A DNA stretch of 32,000 nt, from assembly GCF_000012285.1 (NCBI RefSeq), contig NC_007181.1, positions 1,800,001 through 1,832,000 on the forward strand, given 5' to 3'. Below are positions 1 through 9,382 of the stretch, piece by piece (the first letter of the stretch is position 1; each line of letters begins with the position of its first letter). The position numbers and the translations under genes were made by a program. The stretch comes from Sulfolobus acidocaldarius DSM 639. GTDB lineage: Archaea; Thermoproteota; Thermoprotei_A; Sulfolobales; Sulfolobaceae. The notes under the pieces are model-generated. The model did not search any database, was not told the DNA's origin, and saw nothing but the letters and a program-made list of their open reading frames with translations.

Positions 1-310
1 ATGATGAAGAGCTGAAAAGTAAAGTCAAAGCAGTGTTCTAACGCTAAGAAGTTGTATGGTATGTTTTGATATCTAAAAGTGAAACCATGCCAACTCAGAC
101 GTTTATTAAGACATTTTAAAGGAGCTGACTCTTTAGAGGTTTTCTCCTGATTAACTTTTATGAAAATGAGGAGAAGCCATCTGAAGAGAATTAAGTCCGT
201 CCAAAGTTCTACGAGAGAGCTAAAAAAGGCTGAGGAGCAAATAACTAGTCGACCCGGACTTTAAGACCACATTCCAGCGATTTGGAGTGTTATTCCAAAT
301 ATCTTTATGA

Positions 311-1706
311 ATGAAATCTCCTGAAAAATATCACATGAGTAAAAAGTTAGTAATCGCGTCATGGGGAGACCCGTCAGCTTGGAAGAGTGTAACATACATA
401 GACGGAGAGGACAGCTCCCAAAACCCAAGAAAGATTGCCTCCATATCCTCCCTAAGACTACTAGCAGAGAAGTTCAGCGATATACAGAAGTTTTACGTCC
501 TGGTACAGGACTCCATAGTATTCACCACCCTTAAACGGATAAACGACGAGTGTAAAGAATGTGGTCAAAAGATTAACGCCTACATCACGGCTGAAAGGGG
601 AGAAGCAGTATGGCTCAATGAACCTATAAGTACTTACGAGGAGCTGGTAAAGAAGGTTAAGGACTACACGTCTTGCATACTAGATAGGCTGGGAATAAGG
701 AACCACGAGGTGTTTATACTCCCCTCAAACCTCAGGACTTCAATAAACGTCCAGCCTAGTCCACATTTCACCTCTTTTTGAGTCGAAGTCAGTCTATGAC
801 TTCATGTACTCAGTGGGTTTGATAGCCCTCTTTGACGCTATTAATGGAAAAGACGTTGATGAGGATATCGATGAGATAATTGTTGACACTACTCACGGTA
901 TTAACTACTTTGCCATAATGACACAGCTCATGAGCAGGGACATAGCCAGCATACTGTCAGTCAAGCTGAAGAAAGAGATTAGGGTACGCTTCTACAACGC
1001 TATACCCTCAAGTAATGAAGAGTTTGTAATAGTCAAAGTTAACACAGATGCTAAACCTAGGATAAGGACACTTGAAGATATAAGTGATAGGGGACTACTT
1101 ATACCTTATAATGCGTTAATTTATAATGCCCCACTAGCCCTTTCACAATACCTTCAGGAGAGTAAGATAGAGATACCTAGTCTGGACAGTGTCTATGACA
1201 AAGTGAATCTGAAAAATAAGGCAGGAAAACTCGTAGTTGACTACAATCTTAGGGAACAGAAGGCAAAGAAGAGGAACGATATATACCTTAACCTCCTACT
1301 AAAGGCTATAGAGGACAGCTTCGATGTACACGGAGAGGTTAACCTAAGGGTGCTCAATGAACTTACCAAAACTGTATACAGTCTCATATCTGAAGTTTCT
1401 TCTGCTATCATATCTCACGAGGTAAGTGTGCTACTTAGTACGGTGAAGAAAAAGGGGAAAGAGATTGTCTGCAAGGGGAAGGTGAAGTATAGTGAAATTT
1501 ACCCTTTAACATTTGAAACTGAAAAAGAGAAGAGCGAGAAATGTGGAGGGAAGTTAGAGGACGAGATAAGGAACTTCATAGCCCACGGTGGGCTGTTGAG
1601 AAACCTTGTAGAGGTTCAGGTCAAGAAGAGTGATAACCTCAATGGTGAAGACGTTGTGATATCTTATGGGGAGTGTTGGAAAAACGTAAAGGATTTCTTG
1701 TCATGA
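311..1706 (+). pseudogene. csx1: Csx1-family CRISPR ancillary protein (CARF N-domain plus HEPN C-domain), split into ORFs 311-781 and 804-1706 by a +1 frame change
   Basis: The N-terminus LVIASWGDPSAWKSVTY resembles the Csx1 start (P. furiosus type ...VVSWGD..W.E.KY). DTTHGINYFA matches the conserved DSTHGLNY motif. The C-terminal RNFIAHGGLLRNLVEV is the HEPN Rx4-6H motif. The two ORFs are in frames 2 and 3, both frames are open only across 747-781, and the combined length of about 455 aa matches Csx1. The likely true start is the ATG at 335. Confidence 0.75.
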
Positions 1707-1929
1707 GGAGAGCCTAAGCTATGGCTTAGTATTTTTGTCCATGTTATTCTCTACATAACCTTTATATATCCCTTATGATGACCTAATGCTATATTTCTTG
1801 CTTGGATTAGGACATGACGAGATGACTACATGCCTCTTAGCACAAGGAGGAAGTCAGTAGAATTAAACTTCATTATTGACTTCTATTAACTCAACGTTTA
1901 CGCAATACTTTCATACATAATTATGAATA

Positions 1930-2264
1930 CCTAGTTACGTCAGACGTCATTTTAACAAGGGTGAGAAGGGAACTGAAGAGGAGGGCAGAAGAGTTGAGGG
2001 ATTAACCTGAGGGAAGTGGTAGAGAAGGCACTTGAAGAGGCTATAGGAGAGAAAGAGATGTAGAGGATAAGAACTATAGCCAGAAAACTCCAAGAACATA
2101 TGCAGGGTATTAGCGAGGAGGAGTGGGCTGAAATAGTTAGGTAGGGTAGGGATGAGAGATAAGTTGCTTTTGATGCTTCAGCAATCTATCCTTTAATCAA
2201 TTACGTTGACGAGGTAGACTTTAAGAGAATTTACATACTACATTTGACGTTATATGAGGAGTAG
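1930..2264 (+). pseudogene. Decayed vapB-vapC remnant (RHH-type antitoxin followed by a PIN toxin N-terminus), with several in-frame stops and a frameshift
   Basis: My translation reads ..SDVILTRVRRELKRRAEELRD / INLREVVEKALEEAIGEKEM*RIRTIARKLQEHMQGISEEEWAEIVR*GRDER*VAFDASAIYPLINYVDEVDFKRIYILHLTLYEE*. This is the typical Sulfolobales VapB text followed by a PIN-like V.FDASAI start. No ORF here reaches 60 aa. Confidence 0.45.
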
Positions 2265-2906
2265 TGTTCAGAGCTCTACACAGACTGAACCTCTAACTCA
2301 GGGGAGTCAATCTTCTGCAACACCTAACCTAGTGCCCACTCTGTACTTGATCACAGCAGTTGTGATAGTAGTTGTAGTTATAATAGCCATAGTACTGTTG
2401 AGGAGGAGGTAAAGGCAAATAGTGCCTATGTGTATATAAGTATCCCTGCTCGTGTTCAACAAGAGGTGGTGAGATGAATTCTAAAGGCTTAGCTCTGCCG
2501 GTCGAAAGACTAATACTAATTCAAGAGCCGTTCTCTTTAGAATTAGTCAAATCCATTAGTGGATTAAACATCGAGGGTTTTTACGGGGGAAAATACGAGA
2601 TTAGCCTTATTAGTATCCGCTAAACACCTTATTCCTATCATTAACTAGGAAAATTTATGAAGTATTGGAGTATCTTCTAGATTTTAAACCTTTAACTACG
2701 CATTAGTTTATGTGGAAAAAACCTGGTAAACTCTAGTGCGAGCCCTTATCCTTATGAAAGAGACCTAAAATCCATCACACTAGGATAAAGAAGTCTATTG
2801 TCCTGAAAATAAAAAAGTATGAGCCCTTAAGAATGGAGTTACAAGAACGACTACTAGTATCTAGTCTTCTCAACTCTCACTTAATCAAACCTCACCCTCT
2901 TTACGG

Positions 2907-4157
2907 TCACGTTCGTTTTATTGAAAGTATCGAGAGTAACACTTGTGACATTCTGTTTAGTAACGTATTAGTGTCCTCAAGGGGATCAACCTTAACCATG
3001 TAGATCTTCCTTCCGTCTCTGAGCCTAATATCAACCCATCCCTTTTCACCCATTAGTCGGTATAGTTCCAACGTACCAAATTCCTCCTCACTCTTAACAC
3101 CCTCTCCTATCCCGGGGAAAACGAGGAGTGAGGCTCCGGCCCCATATTCATAAGTATAAGCCATTACCTTGAACCTACCTTCTGTAATATAGCTAGGCTT
3201 TTCAGAGTACTTACACTCAATTAATATCAATTCCCTGTCATCATAGCGAATCGATATGTCGGGCCTCCCCCTAATCCTATAATTAATTTCTTTGTTAGGG
3301 TCTAGCTCGTCAATCCTTTCTATGACGTCAGTTCCTGACGGAGGTGCATTGAAAATAATCACAATGTTAGCATCTTTAACCTTAATGGATCCCTCATCAA
3401 TACTCAAGGAGAATCCAGAGCTTTCTAGTACCCTCGCAACAAGCATGTAAACGAAGAGTTCATATAGCTTACTCAAAACGAGTTTCACACCAATCTTTTC
3501 CCCCTGATCTCTGACACCCACAGTAGGCTTCTCGGCTATAACGTAGGCAAAATAAGCCTTCTTCAGCCAGTCTGGTGACGAATCACTTACTAAAGGGGAG
3601 GAAGGAGAGGGGAGTAATTCCAATTTTTGCCTAAGCCTCTTAATCTCTTTTTTCATTTCCTTAAAGAAGGGGAAGGGTATCACTTTAGAGTTCTCTAACC
3701 TCTCAATTGCCAACTTCATCACCTTCCTAGCTATGTATGAGAGGTATGAGAGCTCGTCCATTTTCAGATTTGGTAGGAGAGAGGCGTAGTAAAAAGGGTA
3801 GTATGGCACTGATCTAGCCACATCGATCACTCCTACGATGTCGTCTCCAAGATGAATAGTATATTCGCGTCTAATCCATAAGTCCCTTAGGGCAGAAGTT
3901 ATGCACATGTTAACCGTTCTAGTAGCTGAGTAGGCTAAATAGGAAGCTATTGTGCGTTCAGTGTCCTCAAGGTTAACCTTCTCGACTTCACCTAACAGTC
4001 CCTTTAACCTTGATAGCGTATCTGCTCTTCTGTATTGTAAGTAATATTTCGCTGTCTTCCGGATCAGGCAGATGTCTCTATCATGTAGCTTCAATATGAA
4101 GTTATTATGCCAATGTTGTAAAAAAGCTTTTTGTTCAGGACTGGAAACTTTTCCCAC
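2907..4157 (-). CDS. McrC-like PD-(D/E)xK nuclease subunit (416 aa)
   Basis: The C-terminal core is RGRPDISIRYDDRELILIECKYSEKP (PD ... ExK). The gene has a GTG start 16 nt downstream of the McrB-like gene on the same strand. It pairs a long helical N-region with a C-terminal nuclease, as in McrC. Confidence 0.7.
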   Translation of the reverse strand: MGKVSSPEQKAFLQHWHNNFILKLHDRDICLIRKTAKYYLQYRRADTLSRLKGLLGEVEKVNLEDTERTIASYLAYSATRTVNMCITSALRDLWIRREYTIHLGDDIVGVIDVARSVPYYPFYYASLLPNLKMDELSYLSYIARKVMKLAIERLENSKVIPFPFFKEMKKEIKRLRQKLELLPSPSSPLVSDSSPDWLKKAYFAYVIAEKPTVGVRDQGEKIGVKLVLSKLYELFVYMLVARVLESSGFSLSIDEGSIKVKDANIVIIFNAPPSGTDVIERIDELDPNKEINYRIRGRPDISIRYDDRELILIECKYSEKPSYITEGRFKVMAYTYEYGAGASLLVFPGIGEGVKSEEEFGTLELYRLMGEKGWVDIRLRDGRKIYMVKVDPLEDTNTLLNRMSQVLLSILSIKRT

Positions 4158-4173
4158 GCAGACTAAACTTTCA

Positions 4174-5922
4174 CTAAGCCTTTTTTACCTTGGTTCTCTT
4201 CTCTTCGAGAATTTCCTTAACATTATTAACCACTTTGCGATCTACGGTACCTAGGTTTGTCTTAATGAGCATGACAATATCTTCAGGAGTTATTTCACTA
4301 GTTGAGCTTGACCTCAGTTGCTGTAATACCCCTAACTGAGTCAGCACCTTGGAAACAGTAGCTGTGGAGAAGCAGAACTCAGTCTTCATCTTATCCCTTA
4401 TCAATTTTACAGTACTTTTGAGGTCATCTAAGACTTGAGGAGGTAGGTTTATTTTCATCCTCTGTATTACGAACTCTACATCGTCTAAATTTTTAGGGCA
4501 CTCCAAGTAGAACACTGAGAACCTCCTGGTGAGTGCGTCTCCTAGCTGGTATAAGTTTCTTAAGTCCTTTAGGTTCATTGTGGCTATTATCCTTATCTTA
4601 CTTAGCCTCTGCTTATCGCTATGTAGAGCGCTAAGTAACGGCTTCAGCTCTTCTTGAAATGAGGAGTAATACTTTAATTCCTCCACAAGCCAAGAGGGTA
4701 TTACCCATTCCTCTGGTCTAGCTGAGGAAAACGTTGTAAAGAAGTCGCCAAAAGCCTTATCGATATCTGCCCTGTTGATCTCGTCCAAGATAACAGGGAA
4801 GAGAACTTCCTCAGTAGTCTTAGGTACTTTGAGGAATGCCTCCATCAATATGCCCTTTTTCCATATTACACTACTATTTCTTATGCTCTCTCCCCCTATC
4901 AAGTCCCTCCTCGTCCATAGGGCGTTTGCAGTAGCCATTAAGTAGTCGTCACATAGCGACTCTGCTATGATCTTTGCTATCTGTGTCTTTCCTACTCCCG
5001 GTGGACCTACTAGGAGGATGTTGCCGTTCTTTAATACACTCAACATATAATCAATTGTAGTATTATCCTGAATGTATACCTCATTTACAATCCTCTCCCT
5101 TGCGATCTTTAACGCTTCACTTAATGGCCTGCATCTAGTCCCTGAGTCAACAATAGGTAGTTTTTCTTCAGGAACCTTTTGGACGAGCCAGGAGGAGATC
5201 TCGTTATAAAACTGAATGGTCTTTGACACTTCGTTATTGTTGAACTTTTCTAGGAGGAAATTCTTTATAGCTTCTACGTAGTTGTCATCCCTATAGCAGT
5301 TATTGGCCTGGTTCGGGTTAACGTTAGGTATATTTTCGCCCTTGAGGTCTTTTAGAAGATCTGGAGGCTCATTGCGAAGCTTAGCCCATTCCAATATTTT
5401 ATCCTTTAGCTCCTCAATCTTTGTCATCAGTGAATCAGGTAACCATATAACCTTCATTCTGAACCTGACTATCCAATACTTATCCCCCTCTTCTTTCCAT
5501 AGCTTAAAGTTCCTTACAGCATCAAGGTTTATATCAGTCACTACGCCAGCTGCAATGTAACCGATTTCAGGACCATAGAGCAGTCCTATTAGTGCTTTGT
5601 TGGGTGTTGGTGTTTCTTCAACTCTGTCTCCATTTACCTTGAAGTAAGACTCGAAGTATCTACGGAAGAGTGCAGGAAATATATAACCTGTTATCTCTTC
5701 CCCCCTTATTCTCACTGAGCCCTTGTTATCACCCCAGTAGACGTATCCGATTTCCCCTAGGATTGAGTAAATTATTGACCCATTAAGGTTGGAATTTAAT
5801 TCCTTACTACTCCTGAAAATACATGGGTAAAAGTTCTTTGTTTCTATGTACTTCTTTAGCTCGTCAAGGTTCTCCTCTAGGAATTTGAACGAGTCCCTGT
5901 AAGATAGCCATTCTGAGTGCAT
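4174..5922 (-). CDS. McrB-like AAA+ (AAA_5) NTPase with an unassigned N-terminal domain of about 170 aa (582 aa)
   Basis: Walker A is LLVGPPGVGKTQ. Walker B with the McrB-type extension is VILDEINRADIDKAFGDFF. IIATMNLKDLRNL compares with the McrB MNxxDR motif, and ALTRRF is also present. An ATAAATAT TATA-like element lies about 27 nt upstream of the ATG at 5922. Confidence 0.85.
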   Translation of the reverse strand: MHSEWLSYRDSFKFLEENLDELKKYIETKNFYPCIFRSSKELNSNLNGSIIYSILGEIGYVYWGDNKGSVRIRGEEITGYIFPALFRRYFESYFKVNGDRVEETPTPNKALIGLLYGPEIGYIAAGVVTDINLDAVRNFKLWKEEGDKYWIVRFRMKVIWLPDSLMTKIEELKDKILEWAKLRNEPPDLLKDLKGENIPNVNPNQANNCYRDDNYVEAIKNFLLEKFNNNEVSKTIQFYNEISSWLVQKVPEEKLPIVDSGTRCRPLSEALKIARERIVNEVYIQDNTTIDYMLSVLKNGNILLVGPPGVGKTQIAKIIAESLCDDYLMATANALWTRRDLIGGESIRNSSVIWKKGILMEAFLKVPKTTEEVLFPVILDEINRADIDKAFGDFFTTFSSARPEEWVIPSWLVEELKYYSSFQEELKPLLSALHSDKQRLSKIRIIATMNLKDLRNLYQLGDALTRRFSVFYLECPKNLDDVEFVIQRMKINLPPQVLDDLKSTVKLIRDKMKTEFCFSTATVSKVLTQLGVLQQLRSSSTSEITPEDIVMLIKTNLGTVDRKVVNNVKEILEEKRTKVKKA

Positions 5923-6483
5923 AGCCTAATATATGAAAATTAGGATATTTATCCATGTCTAAACTTAGCCTCTGCTAATTCAAGGCATGTATTATGAATA
6001 TAATCTTCTGAAATCTAGAATTATATCCGTTTTGAACTAACATTTAGTAGAAGCTGAGAAGAAGGTCATCTACTGATTATTTTCAGTAGAGCCTCTTTAG
6101 TATTTTTTGAGTAGCTTTAACATGATCATAAAGGGTAAAGGTGTCATAATATCGATACCAGATGAAATAGCCCAAAGGGTTATTAGGGATGTAGAAAATA
6201 TAAACGATAACAACGTTAAAAGTAAAGATACAGTTAAGGCGAAGGAACAGTACCACTGATGAGATAATTAACAACTTATGCTCAGGTTTAGAAAGAATTT
6301 TTTATTGAGAATTACGAGCCTCAGTAAATATACTTCCTTATGTCGGAATAGCAGCCTTGTGTTTTGGTGTCATGATAGCGAATGATGAATTTCAGGTCAG
6401 TTTAAACCCATATCGTATGAACGCCAACTTGTGCGAAACAGATAACTTCCTTGCTGAATAGTCTAGTAAATTTGAGAAATATA

Positions 6484-6571
6484 GCTCTCATCCTAAAAAC
6501 ACTTATCTTTCCTCATAAACAGAAATAAATTCAATTTATGCCGAAATAACAAAATGGTTGTCAACATAGAC
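6484..6571. repeat. Copy A of an ~88-bp repeat, in inverted orientation relative to copy B at 11006-11094
   Basis: The reverse complement of 6484-6571 aligns with 11006-11094 at about 71 of 89 positions with one 1-nt gap (manual alignment). The shared core is TATGTTGACAAC.ATTTTGTTAT.....CATAAATTGAA....TTTC...TTATGA..AAAGA.AAGTGTTTTTAG..TGAG.GC. Confidence 0.55.
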
Positions 6572-6736
6572 ATCACTTGTTAAAAGAGAACTACTTTTTT
6601 ACTCTTTTAATGGAATTTAAGGATGTAAGCATCAATTTCAACTGACTAGTACAACAATTAAATTTTTCATCTCAAAACAGCGCAAATTACGAGAGTAATT
6701 CAAGTCCTCTGACCAAGTACTCTTTGAACTCTTTTA

Positions 6737-7729
6737 TTACCTGCCCATTAAGTGGCGAAAGGTTTGAAAGGTCTTGTCAGCTATTTGGATGTCTTGTGTC
6801 AATCTTAAGCTCGCTATTATAATTCGCTTAGGTGCATAGAGGTCTCTGTAGTCTGACAATTGATTTCTAATACTTCTCCCCCACTTATTGTATGGGTCCT
6901 CCTTACACTCTATTATTATACTCCTGTTCCTAATGACATCCAGTAGTCTTGACGTATAGTTATAGTCTTGAACTAATCCTTTAGTTATTACGATGTCAGG
7001 CCTGACAGAGGTTCTCTTACGTCTAGCTAATGGTAAGACTAAATGAATGTCTTCAGTAGGTTGGAATTCGAACCAAATCGTAACATCATATCCTAGGGCG
7101 CTCCTACCTAGAACGGCAGGTGTGGGTGACCCTTGCAAGATTTCAATTCTAGGTTTTTCTTCATATGGCCTCTTGCATAGTTTATCAATTTTGAGGGCTT
7201 CTATAACAAGCTTCAACACCCAAAGCTGATATAACCACCTCTTCACGACCCTAATGCAATCCCCTCTTCCTTTGTATTGAGCTAGACACCCTATAGGGCA
7301 CGGACCTTGTAATGCCTCCTTTAACCTTTCTTGCCTTCCGACTAATATTAAAGAGTCTTTGAAGAAACTGATTGTCTCCTCCTTCATAGGTGAAAACAGA
7401 GAATAATAGTCATTAAGTTCTTTCATGTCTTGAGGATCTAATTTGAACTTATTACAATACTCATATGGATCTTCATTACCGTAGAGTTTGGGGCGGGGGA
7501 TTCCATTATTGCCTATCTCGTTTAGTAAAAACTTGCTGACGTGCAAATAACCTTTGTTGGAGAAGGAGAATTCTACTATTGGCTTGGCAGAGATTTTATC
7601 CTCGTCCAGATAGATTATTTCGTAAAAATTATCAATTTCTACCTATCTCGAGTACTGATAAATTGGGACTAAATATCTTTGATCTAAGACGTAATAGTAC
7701 TCCGTGGAATTATGTAAACCCGTATTCAT
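6737..7729 (-). pseudogene. PD-(D/E)xK nuclease-fold protein interrupted by an in-frame TAG; the 269-aa ORF 6737-7546 is the downstream part
   Basis: The nuclease core is VRPDIVITKG ... RSIIIECKEDP. The listed ORF starts at a TTG, but the same frame stays protein-like upstream: ATG 7729, MNTGLHNSTEYYYVLDQRYLVPIYQYSR, TAG at 7645-7643, then VEIDNFYEIIYLDEDKISAKPIVEFSFSNKGY, joining the ORF. The intact length would be 330 aa. Confidence 0.55.
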
Positions 7730-7864
7730 TAGTCCTCTTTAAAAACTTCATTAAACTAGATAGTACTATTCGGTAATTATATGTTTTTTGCAATGTTTGG
7801 GCTTGATGAGCAATCTGTTTAACAAGTATGTTTCACTAGGATTATTTTATGTAGGGCGAGAGAA

Positions 7865-8012
7865 TGTGTGGATATTAGTGCCGTCGTAAAAAGTAAAGTT
7901 CGTTGATCAGGAGGAATATACGTAGGTATTTTGCTAGTTAATTATTGCATTCATGAAATAGAAGTACTTTACATGGTACTTTTTTATCCTCATGACGGCA
8001 CTATATCCACAT
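7865..8012. repeat. Imperfect 17/18-bp inverted repeat pair enclosing about 110 bp (MITE-like or hairpin-forming element)
   Basis: The left arm is TGTGTGGATATTAGTGCCGTC (7865-7885). The right arm GACGGCACTATATCCACAT (7994-8012) is its reverse complement with one 1-nt indel. The pair lies in the 600-bp divergent intergenic region between the nuclease and ATPase genes. Confidence 0.3.
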
Positions 8013-8112
8013 ATACTTCCCCACACAGTAACTTAATAATTGCATTTCATACTTCACAATTTCATTATGCTTCCTACGAAAGTTAAGATATACTGGAGTA
8101 TATTCCACTAAC

Positions 8113-8122
8113 TTTATTATAA
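8113..8122 (+). promoter_or_regulatory. TATA-box-like element for the leaderless ATPase gene
   Basis: TTTATTATAA ends about 21 nt upstream of the ATG at 8144, which is typical Sulfolobales leaderless spacing. Confidence 0.35.
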
Positions 8123-8143
8123 CTTACTGAAGTATACTAACAT

Positions 8144-9382
8144 ATGTTCCCAGAAGAGTTGAAAAAAGTGTTAACAGACCAGAAACAAATCCTAGAGGAC
8201 AAACTATCAAGGGACTACGTACCAAGGGACGTTCCAAATATTCTTGATCATCTGAAGATTCCTAACATCTTAACTATACTAGGCGTTAGGAGGAGCGGTA
8301 AATCGACATTGGCTGTAATGCTCTTAAAAGGCATTAAGTTCTCTTACGTAAACTTCGATGACGAGAGTTTATATGGCATTAGGGCTGAGGACTTGAGGGG
8401 ATTAGAGGAGGCAATCTATCAGGTGTATGGTAACGTGGAGTATATGGTATTTGACGAAATCCATAACGTGAAGGGGTGGGAATTATTTGCCTCAAGGCTG
8501 AGAGAAAGCGGAAAGAGATTAGTAGTCACAGGAAGTAACTCAAAAATGCTCTCAGGAGAGCTAGCTACCCATCTTACAGGTAGACATTCTGATTACGTAT
8601 TGTTTCCTTTCTCCTTCGGGGAATACTTGAAGTTCAAGGGAGTCAGGTTTGGGGAGTTACTTTCAACTAGGGAGAGGGCAGAGATAAAGAACGAGCTCGA
8701 AAGTTACATAGACGTAGGCGGATTCCCTGAGTCATTGATCTTGGGTAAGGAACAGACTCTGACCATATATAATGACATACTTTTTAAAGATATAGTCTCG
8801 AGGTTGAAGATAAAGCAGATAGGCAGATTCAAGGACTTCGCTAACACACTCATATCCTATTACTCCTCAGAGGTCTCCTTAAGCAGACTTGCTAAGTCTA
8901 TGGGAATTGATGAAAAGACAGTGTTTCAATGGTCTTTCGGCATGGAGAATGCTTACTCAGTGTACTTTTTACCTAGATATGGAGAGAAACTGAGGGAGAG
9001 GTTGACATACAATAAGAAGGTGTATATCGTGGACACAGGCTTAATCTCGAGGGTGGCAGCGAGGAAGAAGGACAGGGGTAGGCTTATAGAGAACATGGTA
9101 GCGCTCAAGTTGTTAAAAGAAAACCAACTAAAAGGTTTGTACTATATAAAGGATAAGGATTATGAGGTTGACTTCTACGACGAGGTAAATAGCAGGCTAA
9201 TTCAGGTATCCTACGCTACGGATAAAGTGGAAGATAGGGAGATAAAGGGATTGATAAGGGCAAATGAGAAGTTAAGGGTAAGGGAACAGATAATAGTGAC
9301 TTATGACATTGAGGGTGAGGAAAGGGTAGCTGAAGGAAAACCCATTAAACTAGTCCCCTTGTATAAGTTCTTATTGGGTTAG
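8144..9382 (+). CDS. COG1373-type AAA+ ATPase (AAA_14 N-domain plus DUF4143-like C-domain), 412 aa, intact
   Basis: Walker A is LGVRRSGKSTL and Walker B is MVFDEIHNVKGWE. It also carries GGFPE and the C-terminal YEVDFY...LIQVSY, matching the family's restriction-endonuclease-like tail. Confidence 0.85.
   Translation: MFPEELKKVLTDQKQILEDKLSRDYVPRDVPNILDHLKIPNILTILGVRRSGKSTLAVMLLKGIKFSYVNFDDESLYGIRAEDLRGLEEAIYQVYGNVEYMVFDEIHNVKGWELFASRLRESGKRLVVTGSNSKMLSGELATHLTGRHSDYVLFPFSFGEYLKFKGVRFGELLSTRERAEIKNELESYIDVGGFPESLILGKEQTLTIYNDILFKDIVSRLKIKQIGRFKDFANTLISYYSSEVSLSRLAKSMGIDEKTVFQWSFGMENAYSVYFLPRYGEKLRERLTYNKKVYIVDTGLISRVAARKKDRGRLIENMVALKLLKENQLKGLYYIKDKDYEVDFYDEVNSRLIQVSYATDKVEDREIKGLIRANEKLRVREQIIVTYDIEGEERVAEGKPIKLVPLYKFLLG

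Noticed and set aside
1-41. Possible 3' end of an upstream plus-strand gene (..DEELKSKVKAVF*)
   Set aside because: Only 13 codons are visible, which is too short to support.
2474-2623. 49-codon ORF MNSKGLALPVERLILIQEPFSLELVKSISGLNIEGFYGGKYEISLISIR
   Set aside because: It is below any sensible length threshold and has no motif. It is probably another gene fragment in the decayed 1707-2906 interval.
4072-5560. Plus-strand ORFs 4072-4254 and 5303-5560, antisense to the McrBC-like genes
   Set aside because: They lie entirely inside or across strong minus-strand genes and have low-complexity Ser/Leu-rich products, so they are shadow ORFs.
6391-6467. C/D-box sRNA candidate (AATGATGA at 6391, CTGA at 6464), plus GTGATGATGA at 22574 and CTGATGATA at 9422
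   Set aside because: No properly spaced D', C' and D boxes or terminal stem could be found, and the spacing is wrong for archaeal C/D sRNAs.
7047-7229. ORF 7047-7229 (+), antisense to the nuclease-fold gene
   Set aside because: It is a shadow ORF within a gene that has clear PD-(D/E)xK motifs on the other strand.
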